The notes under the pieces were generated by a model. It saw only the letters and a list, made by a program, of their open reading frames with translations. It was not told the DNA's origin and ran no database searches. From contig JBGARZ010000008.1 in the NCBI GenBank assembly GCA_044229975.1, positions 224,001-288,000 on the forward strand: DNA of 64,000 bases, given 5' to 3'. This stretch comes from Polyangiales bacterium. Lineage in GTDB: Bacteria > Myxococcota_A > Polyangia > Polyangiales > Ga0077539. The number at the start of each line of letters is the position of its first letter. The first letter of the stretch is position 1. Both the position numbers and the translations under genes were made by a program. Shown one piece after another: positions 39,127 through 49,106 of this stretch.

Positions 39127-39933
39127 ATGTCCACGTCCAGCCTCCGCTCGACCGCCCTCGCCCTCGCCGCCTTTGCCCTCTCGCTCGCCGCGCGCAACGC
39201 CGAGGCCGCGTGCGACCTCTCGGTGTCCATGGCCCAACCGCGCAACGTGTCCGTGTACCAGTCCGCGCGCTACACGGTGCGCGTGACCAACCTCTCGGGC
39301 AGCACCAGCGCCCGCGCGACGCTCACCCTCCAGCTCCCGCGCACGCACACGAGCCCGACCGTGTATGTGCTCGGCACCGTCGGCGCCTTCACCACAGGAT
39401 GCACACGCTCCGGGACGGTGATCAGCTGTGGCGTGGCGCAGCTCCGGCGCGGCGGCTCGCAGGACTTCTTCGTCGACCTCACCTTTCCCCAGAACGCGGG
39501 CCCCCTGGAGATCACGGCCAACGTCGACGTCGCCGGCGACTCGTCCACCGGCAACAACCGCCGCACGCTCCTCGCCGACCTCCAGAATCCCGACTTCGTC
39601 ATTCCGACGACCACCGACCGCAGCGTGCAGAACCTCCACTGCACCGGCCGGGGGCTCACGTCCTACTTCGAGTGCACGCTCTTCTCGGGGTCCATCGCCA
39701 CGCACGCGACGGTGTTTCGCCCCGACGGATCGGTCGCGATCCCCGACGAGCCGGACTACGGCGGGCGGTGGTGGCAGCCCCTCGATGACGAGCTCGCGTT
39801 CAACTACACCTACGGAGGCAACACCGTGGCGCAGTTCGTCGGGAGCAGCGTCGGCGGCGGGTGCTTCGAGGGCATCACGTCGTTTCCCAACAGCACGTAC
39901 GTCTCGCCGTACCGCGTCTGCGTCGGGCCGTGA
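39127..39933 (+). CDS. Secreted protein with DUF11-like Ig domain
   Basis: AAGGAG RBS, signal peptide (AEA), DLSVS, YTVRVTN and D...NN. Confidence 0.75.
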   Translation: MSTSSLRSTALALAAFALSLAARNAEAACDLSVSMAQPRNVSVYQSARYTVRVTNLSGSTSARATLTLQLPRTHTSPTVYVLGTVGAFTTGCTRSGTVISCGVAQLRRGGSQDFFVDLTFPQNAGPLEITANVDVAGDSSTGNNRRTLLADLQNPDFVIPTTTDRSVQNLHCTGRGLTSYFECTLFSGSIATHATVFRPDGSVAIPDEPDYGGRWWQPLDDELAFNYTYGGNTVAQFVGSSVGGGCFEGITSFPNSTYVSPYRVCVGP

Positions 39934-39952
39934 GAGCGCTAGCCCCGAGCCC

Positions 39953-41281
39953 CTACCGCACCCGCACCCGCAGCCCCGGATCAGCGGGCGACGGGAGCAC
40001 CGCCGTCCACCCCGCTGGCAACGCAGGCGGCGACCACTGGAACAACCACGCCGCGTCGCGCGGGGCCATGTTCACGCAGCCATGCGATCGCGGCCGCCCG
40101 AAGAGGTCGTGCCAGAACACCCCGTGCAGCCCCTGGTCCTCGTGGAAGAACATCACCCACGGAACGCGCGCCGCCGTGTACAGCGCCGTCGCCGTGAGCA
40201 GCTCGCTGTTGCCCACGTTGGACATGTCCGTCGTCGCGAGCTTCGACCACACCCGGTGATCGCCCGGCAGCGTCGGGTGGTCGGCCCGGCCCGTCGACAC
40301 CAGCGTCGCGAAGACCGGCGCCCCGCCCTCCATCGCCACCAGCAACTGACGACCGCGCTCGATGTCCACCCAGCGCTCGCGCGCACCGAGATCCGCCGGT
40401 CGCGCGCCCACGTCCGGGCGCATCAGCAGCGACGCTCGCACCCACCCCGCGTCGAGCCGCGCCATGCGAACGCCTCGCACCGTTCGCTCCTCGCGGATGT
40501 GCGCGGCCTCGCGGCGCGTGAAGCCCACCGATGATCCCGACGGGCCGCTGTCGCGCAGGGTGTTCTCCGGCGTCGGCCACGCCCGCGTGTTGGCGGTGAA
40601 GAAGCCCACCGACGCGACGGTCTCGCCCGGCTCGTAGAAGATGCCGACGCGCTCGCTCGGTCGCGCGAAGGCCAGGTCGCGCATCGCCACCCAGCGGTTG
40701 CTCGCGGTGTGCACGTACGACGCCCCTTCGATGCGCGCGGTGCCCACGACGGCGACGGACATCCCGCGCTCCAGCTCCTCGGCCCAGTCCTCTGCCGCGG
40801 CGTCCTCCATGCGACGGTACGTCCTCACGCCCGCGTGCGTCGCAAACGCGTACTGGTACGGCACCACCTGCCCCTCGCGCACCACCGGCTGCGGAACCGC
40901 CCGCGGCGCATCCGCCGTCAGCGTCGCCCCGTCGCCGCACACCCACGCCTCGACGTCGATGCGCACCCACGCCGTGCGGCACCCGCGGCCCTGCGTCGCC
41001 TCGTGCACCGGCAGCCGCGCCCCGCGAGCGAGCGTTCCGCGTCGCGCCGACTCGATGTCCGCCCGCGCGCGCACCACCTCGCCCTCGCGCTCGATGCGCA
41101 GCGAGCGCGCCTCCGAAGGCAGCACCGTGCCGTCGGCGCGGTCACCCACCAGCACCGGGTCGTCGGAGATGGGCCCGCTCACCGGCAGCCGCCGCGGCGG
41201 AACCTGCGAGTGACCCACCCGCGCGCAGAGCACCCCAAGGGCCATCGCCCACCGCCACTCCGCGCCGCGAACGATCCGCAT
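39953..41281 (-). CDS. L,D-transpeptidase (YkuD family)
   Basis: VSTG and LHGVFWHDLFGRPRSHGCVNM. Confidence 0.9.
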   Translation of the reverse strand: MRIVRGAEWRWAMALGVLCARVGHSQVPPRRLPVSGPISDDPVLVGDRADGTVLPSEARSLRIEREGEVVRARADIESARRGTLARGARLPVHEATQGRGCRTAWVRIDVEAWVCGDGATLTADAPRAVPQPVVREGQVVPYQYAFATHAGVRTYRRMEDAAAEDWAEELERGMSVAVVGTARIEGASYVHTASNRWVAMRDLAFARPSERVGIFYEPGETVASVGFFTANTRAWPTPENTLRDSGPSGSSVGFTRREAAHIREERTVRGVRMARLDAGWVRASLLMRPDVGARPADLGARERWVDIERGRQLLVAMEGGAPVFATLVSTGRADHPTLPGDHRVWSKLATTDMSNVGNSELLTATALYTAARVPWVMFFHEDQGLHGVFWHDLFGRPRSHGCVNMAPRDAAWLFQWSPPALPAGWTAVLPSPADPGLRVRVR

Positions 41282-41344
41282 GTCGCGCGGCCTAGCAGAT
41301 CGCGCAGGGCGGCTCCAATTCGAGGCGATGTCGAGCGACAGGGC

Positions 41345-42277
41345 TCAGCGCAGCAGGCGGATCAGCACGCCGAGTGCGCCAACCACCATCGCCCCCACCA
41401 GGGCGTTGTCCCGCCACGACCGCGGCTCGATATCGGGCCACCAAGCCACGACCTCCGTCGAGGAGTGCTCGCGGTACCCGACCGACTCGGTCGCGCGCAT
41501 CAGCGCCTTCGTGCAGGGCTGCTCGGACAGTCCCCACGACGGCGCGACCGCTTCATGATGGCGGGCATCGACCCAGCGGTATCCCGCGGGCGCCGTGAAG
41601 GGCAGCATCGCCAGATCGCGGTGCGCGTGACGCTCCGCGACCCACAGGGCAAGCGCGAGCAGCAGTGACACCACCGGGAGCGCCACGTCCGCTGCGGTGC
41701 GCATGAACGCCAACAGGACAGAGTCATTCCAGCGCTCGGTGGTCACGCCCGCGAAGGACGTGATGCCGTAGGACACCGCCCCGACGCACGCGAGCGTGGC
41801 CCACGCGTCGAGGCCGCGTCGAGGGACGGGGTCGTCCCGCCAACGGTCGATGGCGAGCCCGAGCGGAACCGCGACCGTCGCGCCCATGACGCCCATGATG
41901 CAGCCGCAAAAGAGCGACCCGACGACGACGGAGAAGAAGTCGACGCCCGACGGGCTGTCCAGGTAGCGCACGCGGCTGACGCCGAGCGCGACGAGGACCG
42001 TCAGGGCCATGCCGACGACGGTGAGGGCAACGACGATGGCAGAGGCGCTGAGCGGGCCACGACGACGGCGCAGCGAGATCCAACCGAGCGCGAGGATGTT
42101 GGTGGACACCAACGCCAGCGCGGGGACGAGCTCCCGCGCCGAGAACCCGAACATCGCCCACGCGAAGGCCAGGTGCCCGGCCGCGGCGAGCGCGAAGAGC
42201 GTCAACCGCGGGCCGAGCCCCGCCGCGCCGAGACGTAGCCAGCGCATGGTGGTCGGGTCGGTCGCGACGGTGGCCAT
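41345..42277 (-). CDS. Hypothetical integral membrane protein
   Basis: About 7 hydrophobic segments and a leaderless-type TATGCT 8 nt before the ATG. Confidence 0.65.
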   Translation of the reverse strand: MATVATDPTTMRWLRLGAAGLGPRLTLFALAAAGHLAFAWAMFGFSARELVPALALVSTNILALGWISLRRRRGPLSASAIVVALTVVGMALTVLVALGVSRVRYLDSPSGVDFFSVVVGSLFCGCIMGVMGATVAVPLGLAIDRWRDDPVPRRGLDAWATLACVGAVSYGITSFAGVTTERWNDSVLLAFMRTAADVALPVVSLLLALALWVAERHAHRDLAMLPFTAPAGYRWVDARHHEAVAPSWGLSEQPCTKALMRATESVGYREHSSTEVVAWWPDIEPRSWRDNALVGAMVVGALGVLIRLLR

Positions 42278-42309
42278 GGACGGGGAGCATAGTCCCGCGC
42301 GCGGCGGGC

Positions 42310-42891
42310 TTACAGGTGCACTCCCACCCGCAGCGCGCCGGTGACGCCCCAGGAGCCGTAGGCGGTCTCGTCGGCGAAGTAGGCGGCGCCGTCGACGCTG
42401 ACCTCGGGGCCGAGGGAGAAGTACCGGTTGAGGTACAGGTCCGTCGCGAAGGTCAGGCGGGCGCCGGCGCCGTTGCGTTGCGAGAGGCCGTTGGCGCCGA
42501 AGAAGGCCCAGCCGCCCGCGAGCGAGAGGTTGAGCCCGACGATGCCGCGCCGGCCGCGCAGACCCGCTTCGAGATAGAGCTTGTTGAAGTTGAGGTCGTC
42601 TCCATTGAACAAGCGCGTCTGTTGGAAGAGAGCGCCGATCTGGAACCCTCCCAGCACGAAGCCCGCGTGACCACCGTACGCCAGGCCGACGCCCGACGAG
42701 CGCGTGGTGTTGACGCCCAGGTAGTCGGACTGGAGCGCGGCCGAGCCGATGCCGACGTACTCGGCACCGATGATGGGAGTCAGATAGACGATCTCCGACT
42801 GTCGGTCGGTGGCTTGAGCGTTGGCGCTCGCGCCCGCTGCGATGAAGGCCAGAGCGCAGGCCGCTCCCACGAATCGTTGAACACACACCAT
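42310..42891 (-). CDS. Small outer-membrane beta-barrel protein
   Basis: GGAGG RBS, signal peptide (ANA), about 8 amphipathic strands ending LRVGVHL. Confidence 0.7.
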   Translation of the reverse strand: MVCVQRFVGAACALAFIAAGASANAQATDRQSEIVYLTPIIGAEYVGIGSAALQSDYLGVNTTRSSGVGLAYGGHAGFVLGGFQIGALFQQTRLFNGDDLNFNKLYLEAGLRGRRGIVGLNLSLAGGWAFFGANGLSQRNGAGARLTFATDLYLNRYFSLGPEVSVDGAAYFADETAYGSWGVTGALRVGVHL

Positions 42892-42942
42892 GGCGAAGAC
42901 CTCCTGTCGGATGACGCGTGGGAGTCGGTCGCGGACCGCGCT

Positions 42943-43389
42943 TCAGCTCCCGGAGGTGGTGGTCGCGCGGACGGTGATGTCGAGCTCGAAGGTGGTGGTG
43001 GTGGGCGTGCGATCGTGGCGATGAACGCGACAGATCAGCTTGTGGGGACCGGGCGCCGTCGAGGGCGGGACGGTGACGCTGAAGGACGTCTGCGCGGTCA
43101 CGAGGATCTCGGTGGAGTCGGTGTCATCGAGGTAGACCTGGAGGTGCCCGGCGGTGGACGCCTGCGCGGCGGTCGGGGTCGCCGAAGGCTCGATCAGCGT
43201 GACGTTGGTGACCTGCACCGTCATGGGGACGGCCTGTCCCTGCATCACGTTGTTGACGTCCACGGTGGTGGTGACGTTGATGCGCGCGTTGATGTTGATC
43301 TCGGCATCGAGGGAGCCGTTGCAGCCCGCGGCAGGAACGGCGAACGCAAGCAGACCGACGAAGGCAAAGCGGTGCAGCGAAGTGAACAT
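42943..43389 (-). CDS. Small lipoprotein (single Ig-like domain, GH-x-x-V-Y-L-D motif)
   Basis: Lipobox AAGC, GHLQVYLD and PGPHKL..RVHRHD. Confidence 0.7.
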   Translation of the reverse strand: MFTSLHRFAFVGLLAFAVPAAGCNGSLDAEININARINVTTTVDVNNVMQGQAVPMTVQVTNVTLIEPSATPTAAQASTAGHLQVYLDDTDSTEILVTAQTSFSVTVPPSTAPGPHKLICRVHRHDRTPTTTTFELDITVRATTTSGS

Positions 43390-43637
43390 TGGCGGTTCTC
43401 GACTTTCTGAGCGGACACGAGGGGGGAGGTTGCTGGGCTCGTTGACCCGACAACGCCCTTCTCAAGCGCCGTGCCGAGCTGTCCGCAGTGGATTGCCGGT
43501 GATTCCACAGTGATGTGCGCGATCGCGGCGGAGCGCCCTTCGCGCAGCCGTCTCAGGTGTGGCGTGCATGCTCAGCGCGGGCGCCATCAGACGTACCCTC
43601 CCGCCATGAACACCCCGACCGCGCTCGATGGTGTCCA

Positions 43638-44630
43638 ATGAGGTCGCTGGTCACTGGCGCCGCGGGCTTCATCGGCTCGCACGTCGTCCGCGCCCTGCTC
43701 CATCGCGGCCACGCGGTGCGCGCGCTGGTGCTCCCCCGCGACGACCGCCGCAACCTCCGCGGGCTCGACGTCGAGCTCGTCGAGGGCGACGTCACCGACG
43801 AGGCCGCCGTCGCCCGCGCCGTCGATGGCATGGACCGCGTCTTCCACCTCGCCGCCATCTACGCGCTCTGGCTCCCCGAGCCCGCGCTCATGCACCGGGT
43901 CAACGTCGACGGAACCCGCAACGTCCTCCGCGCAGCGCGGCGAGCGGGCGTTGGTCGCGTGGTGCACACGAGCTCCTTCGCGCGCTTCGCCGGTCAGGGA
44001 ACCGGCCGACGCGCGACCGAAGATTCCCCCTGGGCGCTCGGCGTCACGGGCGACCGCTACTCGCAGACCAAGCACGACGCCCACTGCGTCGCCGAAGAGG
44101 CCGCCGCCGCGGGTCAGGACGTCGTCATCGTCGCGCCGTGCGCCCCCATCGGTCCGGGCGACGTCGGCCCGACTCCGACCGGGCGCCTCCTGCTGACGAG
44201 CCTCGAAGCGCCCGTGGTGGCCGTCTCGGCGATGGTGAGCAACGTCGCGCACGTGAAGGACATGGCCGAGGGCCACGCGCTCGCGGCGGAGCGTGGCGTC
44301 GCGGGTCGCAGCTACATGCTCGGGCACCGCGACCTGTCGGGCGTCGAGCTCGCGCACATGGCGATGCGGGTGACGGGGCGTTTGCGCCCGGTGGTGGAGA
44401 TTCCCCACGCGGCGGCGCTGCTCGCGGGTCACGCGGCCCTCGCGTGGACCGAGCGCGTGAGCCACCGCGCGCCGCTGTTGACGCCGGCCGTGGCGCGCAT
44501 CGGAGCGCTCGGGCTCGCCGCCGATTGCAGCCGGGCGGTGCGCGAGCTCGGGATGCCGCAGACGCCGATCGAGGACGCCCTGCGCGACGCGATCGAGTGG
44601 TGGGGGCGCGAAGGCTACCTGCGGCGCTGA
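43638..44630 (+). CDS. NAD-dependent epimerase/dehydratase (HpnA/dihydroflavonol reductase-like)
   Basis: TGAAGFIG, FHLAAIY, NVDGT, YSQTK and GPGDVGPTPTG. Confidence 0.9.
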   Translation: MRSLVTGAAGFIGSHVVRALLHRGHAVRALVLPRDDRRNLRGLDVELVEGDVTDEAAVARAVDGMDRVFHLAAIYALWLPEPALMHRVNVDGTRNVLRAARRAGVGRVVHTSSFARFAGQGTGRRATEDSPWALGVTGDRYSQTKHDAHCVAEEAAAAGQDVVIVAPCAPIGPGDVGPTPTGRLLLTSLEAPVVAVSAMVSNVAHVKDMAEGHALAAERGVAGRSYMLGHRDLSGVELAHMAMRVTGRLRPVVEIPHAAALLAGHAALAWTERVSHRAPLLTPAVARIGALGLAADCSRAVRELGMPQTPIEDALRDAIEWWGREGYLRR

Positions 44631-44682
44631 TCGCCGAGCACACCGGGCGTGAACGCCGTGCGCTGTGATCGTGTGGTGAAGG

Positions 44683-46023
44683 TCAGCGGCGGTAGCGATC
44701 GAGCACGTCGCCGCGGCCGTAGTAGCTGGTCATCCAGGTAGCGTAGGGGTGCGGGTCGAGCGCGAAGGTGTAGCTGCTCCCCGCGTCGGTGTGCGTGAGC
44801 TCGACCTCGATGCTGAGCACGGTGCCGCCCGACCCGTCGGGCGCGTAGTCGCGGACGAAGCGCAGCCGCCCGCTCGCGTCGTACACGTACGACGTGCGCG
44901 ACGTGGCGGTGTACACGGCGTCGCGCAGGAGGCCGCTCGGGGCGTAGAAGTAGTCGAGGTGGGACGTGGTGCTGTTGCGGCGGAAATCCTGGGCCCGCAG
45001 CGCGCCGTTGGTCCACGCGACGTAGGTGAAGCCGCCGGCGTCGGACCAGCTCCCGGTGGGTGATCCGCGGTCGCCGCGACCGAGGCCGCGCAGGCGCCCG
45101 GTGTCCTCGAACGAGTACGACTGGTAGCTCGCGTAGTAGAGCTCGCCGCCCGACGAAGGCGTCTGCCAGAAGCGCCGCCAGGTGGGTCGCCCGGACTCCC
45201 ACTGCCAGACGTAGCGGTAGTTCTCGATCCAGCCGTCGGGGAAGGTCAGGACGTCGTGGTGGTCGACGGTGCGCTGCCCGGCGCCGTCGTACTCGTAGCG
45301 CATGCGCTCGCTGTCGAGCCAGAGCGTGCCCGATGGGATCTGCGTGCTGGCCGACGTCAGCCGCCCGGCGGTGTCGTAGCGGTAGGTGGTGCGGGTGAGC
45401 GAGCGCCAGGTTCCGCCGGCTGCGGGCGCCTGCGACTCGGTGGTGTCGAGCCGTCGCATCGCGTCGTAGGCGTAGAGCGTGCGGCGCTCGTCCGCGAGGG
45501 AGCCGCTGTCGCCGACACGCCGTTCGATGGCAGTGAGCGGGGCGTATCCGAAGGGTGCAGGGGGCGGGAGCGTGGGCTGGGTCTCGCCTGCATCGACGGG
45601 CGACGGGACGTCGGTGGGCGATGGGCGATCGACGGATTCTGGGAGGTCAACAGGAGTGCCCGCGTCGGCGACAGAACCGCGATCGGTGACAGCGAGGACA
45701 TCGGTCGCGGAGGGCGTGTCGGGGGCGGTGGACGCATCGACGGAAGCGGGTGCGTCGAGCGCGGCGGAGGTGTCGGCGCCGAGGTCGCGAGAGACGACCG
45801 CATCGCCCGACGGAACGGATGCGTCGGGCGTGGTGACGTCGCGGGTGACGACCGCGCCATCGGGCGACGGGCTCTCGCGGTCGGACGCCGCGCTGGCATC
45901 GTCGGCCGCGAGCGGAACGTCAGTGGCGGTCGCGGAGCCATCGACGCGACTGTCGAGCCCGGAGACGTCCACGGGCGCGCAAGACGCAAGGGAGAGAAGG
46001 AAGAGCGGAGCGACGAGGCGCAT
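44683..46023 (-). CDS. Lipoprotein with YD-like repeats
   Basis: Lipobox LASC, long D/S/P linker, and YAYD..RR, YRYDTAGR, YEYDGAG, YVYDASGR. Confidence 0.7.
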   Translation of the reverse strand: MRLVAPLFLLSLASCAPVDVSGLDSRVDGSATATDVPLAADDASAASDRESPSPDGAVVTRDVTTPDASVPSGDAVVSRDLGADTSAALDAPASVDASTAPDTPSATDVLAVTDRGSVADAGTPVDLPESVDRPSPTDVPSPVDAGETQPTLPPPAPFGYAPLTAIERRVGDSGSLADERRTLYAYDAMRRLDTTESQAPAAGGTWRSLTRTTYRYDTAGRLTSASTQIPSGTLWLDSERMRYEYDGAGQRTVDHHDVLTFPDGWIENYRYVWQWESGRPTWRRFWQTPSSGGELYYASYQSYSFEDTGRLRGLGRGDRGSPTGSWSDAGGFTYVAWTNGALRAQDFRRNSTTSHLDYFYAPSGLLRDAVYTATSRTSYVYDASGRLRFVRDYAPDGSGGTVLSIEVELTHTDAGSSYTFALDPHPYATWMTSYYGRGDVLDRYRR

Positions 46024-46071
46024 GGGCCGCGACCATAGTCCAATCGGCCCCGACGAGCGCTGCGCTCTGCG

Positions 46072-48036
46072 TCACTCCACCGTCGCGTGCACGCCCATCA
46101 CAGCCAGCGCCGCGCCCAGCGGAACCACCGCATCCGCCCCGTCCCAATGCACGGTCACGTCCACCGCCACGAGCGGCGACACGCCCACCGACTCCAGCGC
46201 CCGGAGCGCGCGCTCCCTCGCCAGCGGCGGAACCTCCCGCATCGCCGTCTCCCCCGTCACGGCCGCGAGCCACCACACGTCCTCGGCCGGTCCTTCGTCG
46301 ACGTCGATGACCGTCTGCAACTCCGGCGCACCACTCCGAGCCCACGCCCGCACCCGCTCGCGCGCCCCGCGAAAGGTCGTCAACTTCGTCAACCCGACGC
46401 CCGTGAACGCGTCCACCCAACCGTCTGCCGTGCGGGTGCGCGCGGCCTCGTCGCGGTCCATCGGCGGCGGCGGAACCGACGATCGCCGATCATTGCGCGG
46501 CGTCGGCCGCTCCAGGATGAGCTCGTCGGCGAGCTCCCACGGGAGGGCAGCGAGCAGCGTGCGCGCCTCGGGGGCGTCTTGGGGACGATCGTCCTGCGAC
46601 TTCGCCATGAGCCGCGCGATGACCTCGTCGAACACCACCGGCAGCCGCGGGCACACCGCCGTCACCGCCGGAACAGGCGCCGACAGATGCTGCGCCATGT
46701 AGTCGGGCCCCTCGTAGGGCGGGTGCCCCGCGAGCATCTCGAACAGCACGCACCCGAGCGCGTAGAGGTCGGTGGAGGCGCTCACGGGCGCGCCGGTCAT
46801 CTGCTCCGGGGCCATGTACGGGAGCGATCCCACGAGCCCGCCGGTGACGGTCGCGCCGAGGTCGCCGAGGTGGGCCGCTCCGAGGTCACCGAGACGGGCC
46901 TGACCCGCCGGGTCGAAGAGCACGTTGCTGGGCTTCACGTCACGGTGAACGACCCCGTGCCGGTGCAGCGTCTCCAGGGCGCGCAGCAGGCGCAGGGTGA
47001 TGACGCCGACCTCGCGCAGCGGGAGGGAGCCGACGCGGGAGGAGAGGGTCCCGCCGGGCATCCAGTCGTAGACGATGGTGGGGCCTTCGGGGTCGAGCGC
47101 GCGCATCCGCACGAGGCACGGATCATCGAGCGAGCGCGCAAGATCGGCCTCGCGCACGAAGCGCCCGAAGGCCGCGCTCCGATCGTCGCTGACGGTGAGC
47201 ACCTTGAGCGCGACGGAGTCACCCGTGAGCTCGTCGACGGCTTCGAGCACGCGGCCTGTCGCGCCGGATCCTGCCTCGCGCACCACGCGGTAGCGGCCCG
47301 CGTAGCGCTTCGCAGCGCCCTCGGCGCGGGGCAGGTGCTCGGCGTATGCGTCGGGCTCGACCGGCCAGGAGGCGTCGCGATCGCGCAGGCGGGCGATCCA
47401 GTAGCGGGCGCCATGGAGGTACCCGAGGCGGCGCATGCCGGCCACGAGCCGCGCCATGACGTCGTCGCTCTCCTCGACCTTCGCGGCGGCTTGCAGCGCG
47501 CGGACGGCGCCCTCGTCGTCGCCCTGTCGCGCGCGGAGCTCGCCGAGGCGCATGGCCGCGGGGGCGTCGTCGGGGGTCTGGGCGAGGTGTTGTTCCCAGG
47601 CGCGGGCGGCGCGACCGGGGTCGTGGGCGCGCTCGAAGCACGGGGCGGCGCGGGCGTACTCGCCGAGCGTGTACCAGGTCTCGGCGGCCTCCAGCGGAGC
47701 GGTGTCTTCGAGGAGGCGGGCGGCCACGTCGTCGCGGCGGGCCAGCCTCGCCTGCGCGGCGGCCTGTGCGACGCGGGCAGTGTCACCCGCGAGGCGGGCG
47801 CTCAGGGCGTTGAGCACCTGCTCGTCGGCGGCCTGGAGCGCGATGTCCATGGCGAGGCGCCACTCGTTGCCTTCGACGGCGGCGACGGCAGCGTCGGCGA
47901 CGCGACCGAGCGAGGCGAGCAGCTCGGCGGCGCGGCGCCACTGACTGCGTTGAACAGCAAGCGCAGCGGCCTGATCGACCTCGGCGCGGGCGACGAGCGC
48001 CTCGACTTCGGGGTCAACCGCCACTCGGGGTGGCAC
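46072..48036 (-). CDS. Ser/Thr protein kinase with N-terminal TPR-like region
   Basis: GSGATGRV, VALK, HRDVKPSN, DLG, YMAPE and DLYALG. Confidence 0.9.
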   Translation of the reverse strand: MPPRVAVDPEVEALVARAEVDQAAALAVQRSQWRRAAELLASLGRVADAAVAAVEGNEWRLAMDIALQAADEQVLNALSARLAGDTARVAQAAAQARLARRDDVAARLLEDTAPLEAAETWYTLGEYARAAPCFERAHDPGRAARAWEQHLAQTPDDAPAAMRLGELRARQGDDEGAVRALQAAAKVEESDDVMARLVAGMRRLGYLHGARYWIARLRDRDASWPVEPDAYAEHLPRAEGAAKRYAGRYRVVREAGSGATGRVLEAVDELTGDSVALKVLTVSDDRSAAFGRFVREADLARSLDDPCLVRMRALDPEGPTIVYDWMPGGTLSSRVGSLPLREVGVITLRLLRALETLHRHGVVHRDVKPSNVLFDPAGQARLGDLGAAHLGDLGATVTGGLVGSLPYMAPEQMTGAPVSASTDLYALGCVLFEMLAGHPPYEGPDYMAQHLSAPVPAVTAVCPRLPVVFDEVIARLMAKSQDDRPQDAPEARTLLAALPWELADELILERPTPRNDRRSSVPPPPMDRDEAARTRTADGWVDAFTGVGLTKLTTFRGARERVRAWARSGAPELQTVIDVDEGPAEDVWWLAAVTGETAMREVPPLARERALRALESVGVSPLVAVDVTVHWDGADAVVPLGAALAVMGVHATVE

Positions 48037-48859
48037 CGGGCGCAGGCGGTTGCTCTTCGTCTTCGTCGTCGTCGGAGCCGTCGGGCGTCATGGCGGGGGC
48101 CGTGTCGACGCCGCCGATGGGCGTCACGCCGCGAGCGCGGGCGCGGGCGTCGGCCTCCTGCGCCTGGGTTCCGTGAACCTCCTGCATGCCGCGGCTGCGA
48201 CGACGGCGGGAGGAGCGGCGGCGGGTGGTGCGGCCGGGCGGGCTCGAGTCGACCCAGAAGTAGCTGCGGTTGCGGACGTCGACGTGGACGAAGCCGCTGT
48301 GGGGGTACACCCCGACGCCGAGAAACCCGATGGTGCGCGCGAACTCGGCGACCTGCTCATCGCGCACGCCGGGGAGCACGATGTCGGCGGCGCGGCCGAT
48401 GGCGTGGTTGCTGCGGCCGGCCTCGGAGCGGAAGCCCGAGACGATGTTGACCTGACCGACCTCGAAGTGGCGGGCGATCTCGAAGATGACGTCGATGAGG
48501 CGGCGGTCGATGGGGGCGTGGCGGCCGTTGCGGCGGTCGCCGAGAACGCGGGCGACCTCGGCGCGCTGGGTCTCGTCGAAGCCGCCGTCCTGGCGCTCGG
48601 GGGTGAGCTCGGTGGAGCCGAGGCCGTTGAGCGAGGAGAGCCGGAGGACGAAGCGACCGTCGCTGGTGAAACGCGCGGCGGGGATGGTGGCGGCGTTGTG
48701 CCAGCGCTGGTTGATGGTTCGGTAGCTGGAGAGGCTGATGCGCCGGGCAGCGGGGCGACGGGAGGAGGAGGACGACGACGGGCGCTGCTGGGCGAACGCG
48801 GCGACGGGCACGAGCAGGCCGAGCAGCAGCACGACGAAGGCTGTGAGGCGGCGCTCCAT
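48014..48859 (-). CDS. YcbK/DUF882 (peptidase M15A, MepK-like) family protein
   Basis: Signal peptide, IVSGFRS, SNHAIGRAADI and GVGVYP.SGFVHVDVR. Confidence 0.88.
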   Translation of the reverse strand: MERRLTAFVVLLLGLLVPVAAFAQQRPSSSSSSRRPAARRISLSSYRTINQRWHNAATIPAARFTSDGRFVLRLSSLNGLGSTELTPERQDGGFDETQRAEVARVLGDRRNGRHAPIDRRLIDVIFEIARHFEVGQVNIVSGFRSEAGRSNHAIGRAADIVLPGVRDEQVAEFARTIGFLGVGVYPHSGFVHVDVRNRSYFWVDSSPPGRTTRRRSSRRRRSRGMQEVHGTQAQEADARARARGVTPIGGVDTAPAMTPDGSDDDEDEEQPPAPGATPSGG

Positions 48860-48933
48860 AGGGGACGGGAGATTCCCCGATGGACGCGCGGGGCGCAAGG
48901 GGGCGGTGATTACCGGGGTGTGTAAGCGGAGGG

Positions 48934-49101
48934 GGGTGGGGACGGTTTCAGCTTTTCACGTTGTCGATGACAGGGGACGGGGACGGTTTCACCTATTCAC
49001 CTTCATCGTGTTGACCCATCACCGTGGGCGGAAGGTGAAAGGCTGAAACCGTCCCCGCCCCCTGTCATCGACAACGTGAAAAGCTGAAACCGTCCCCACC
49101 C
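48934..49101. repeat. Inverted repeat (about 71-bp arms, each with two GGGGACGGTTTCA motifs), REPIN-like
   Basis: 48934-49004 pairs with 49031-49101 with few mismatches. Confidence 0.88.
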
Positions 49102-49106
49102 GTTCA

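Noticed and set aside
44683..46023. Rhs/YD polymorphic toxin
   Set aside because: It has only a few YD-like repeats, with no PxxxxDPxG core, toxin tip or immunity gene.
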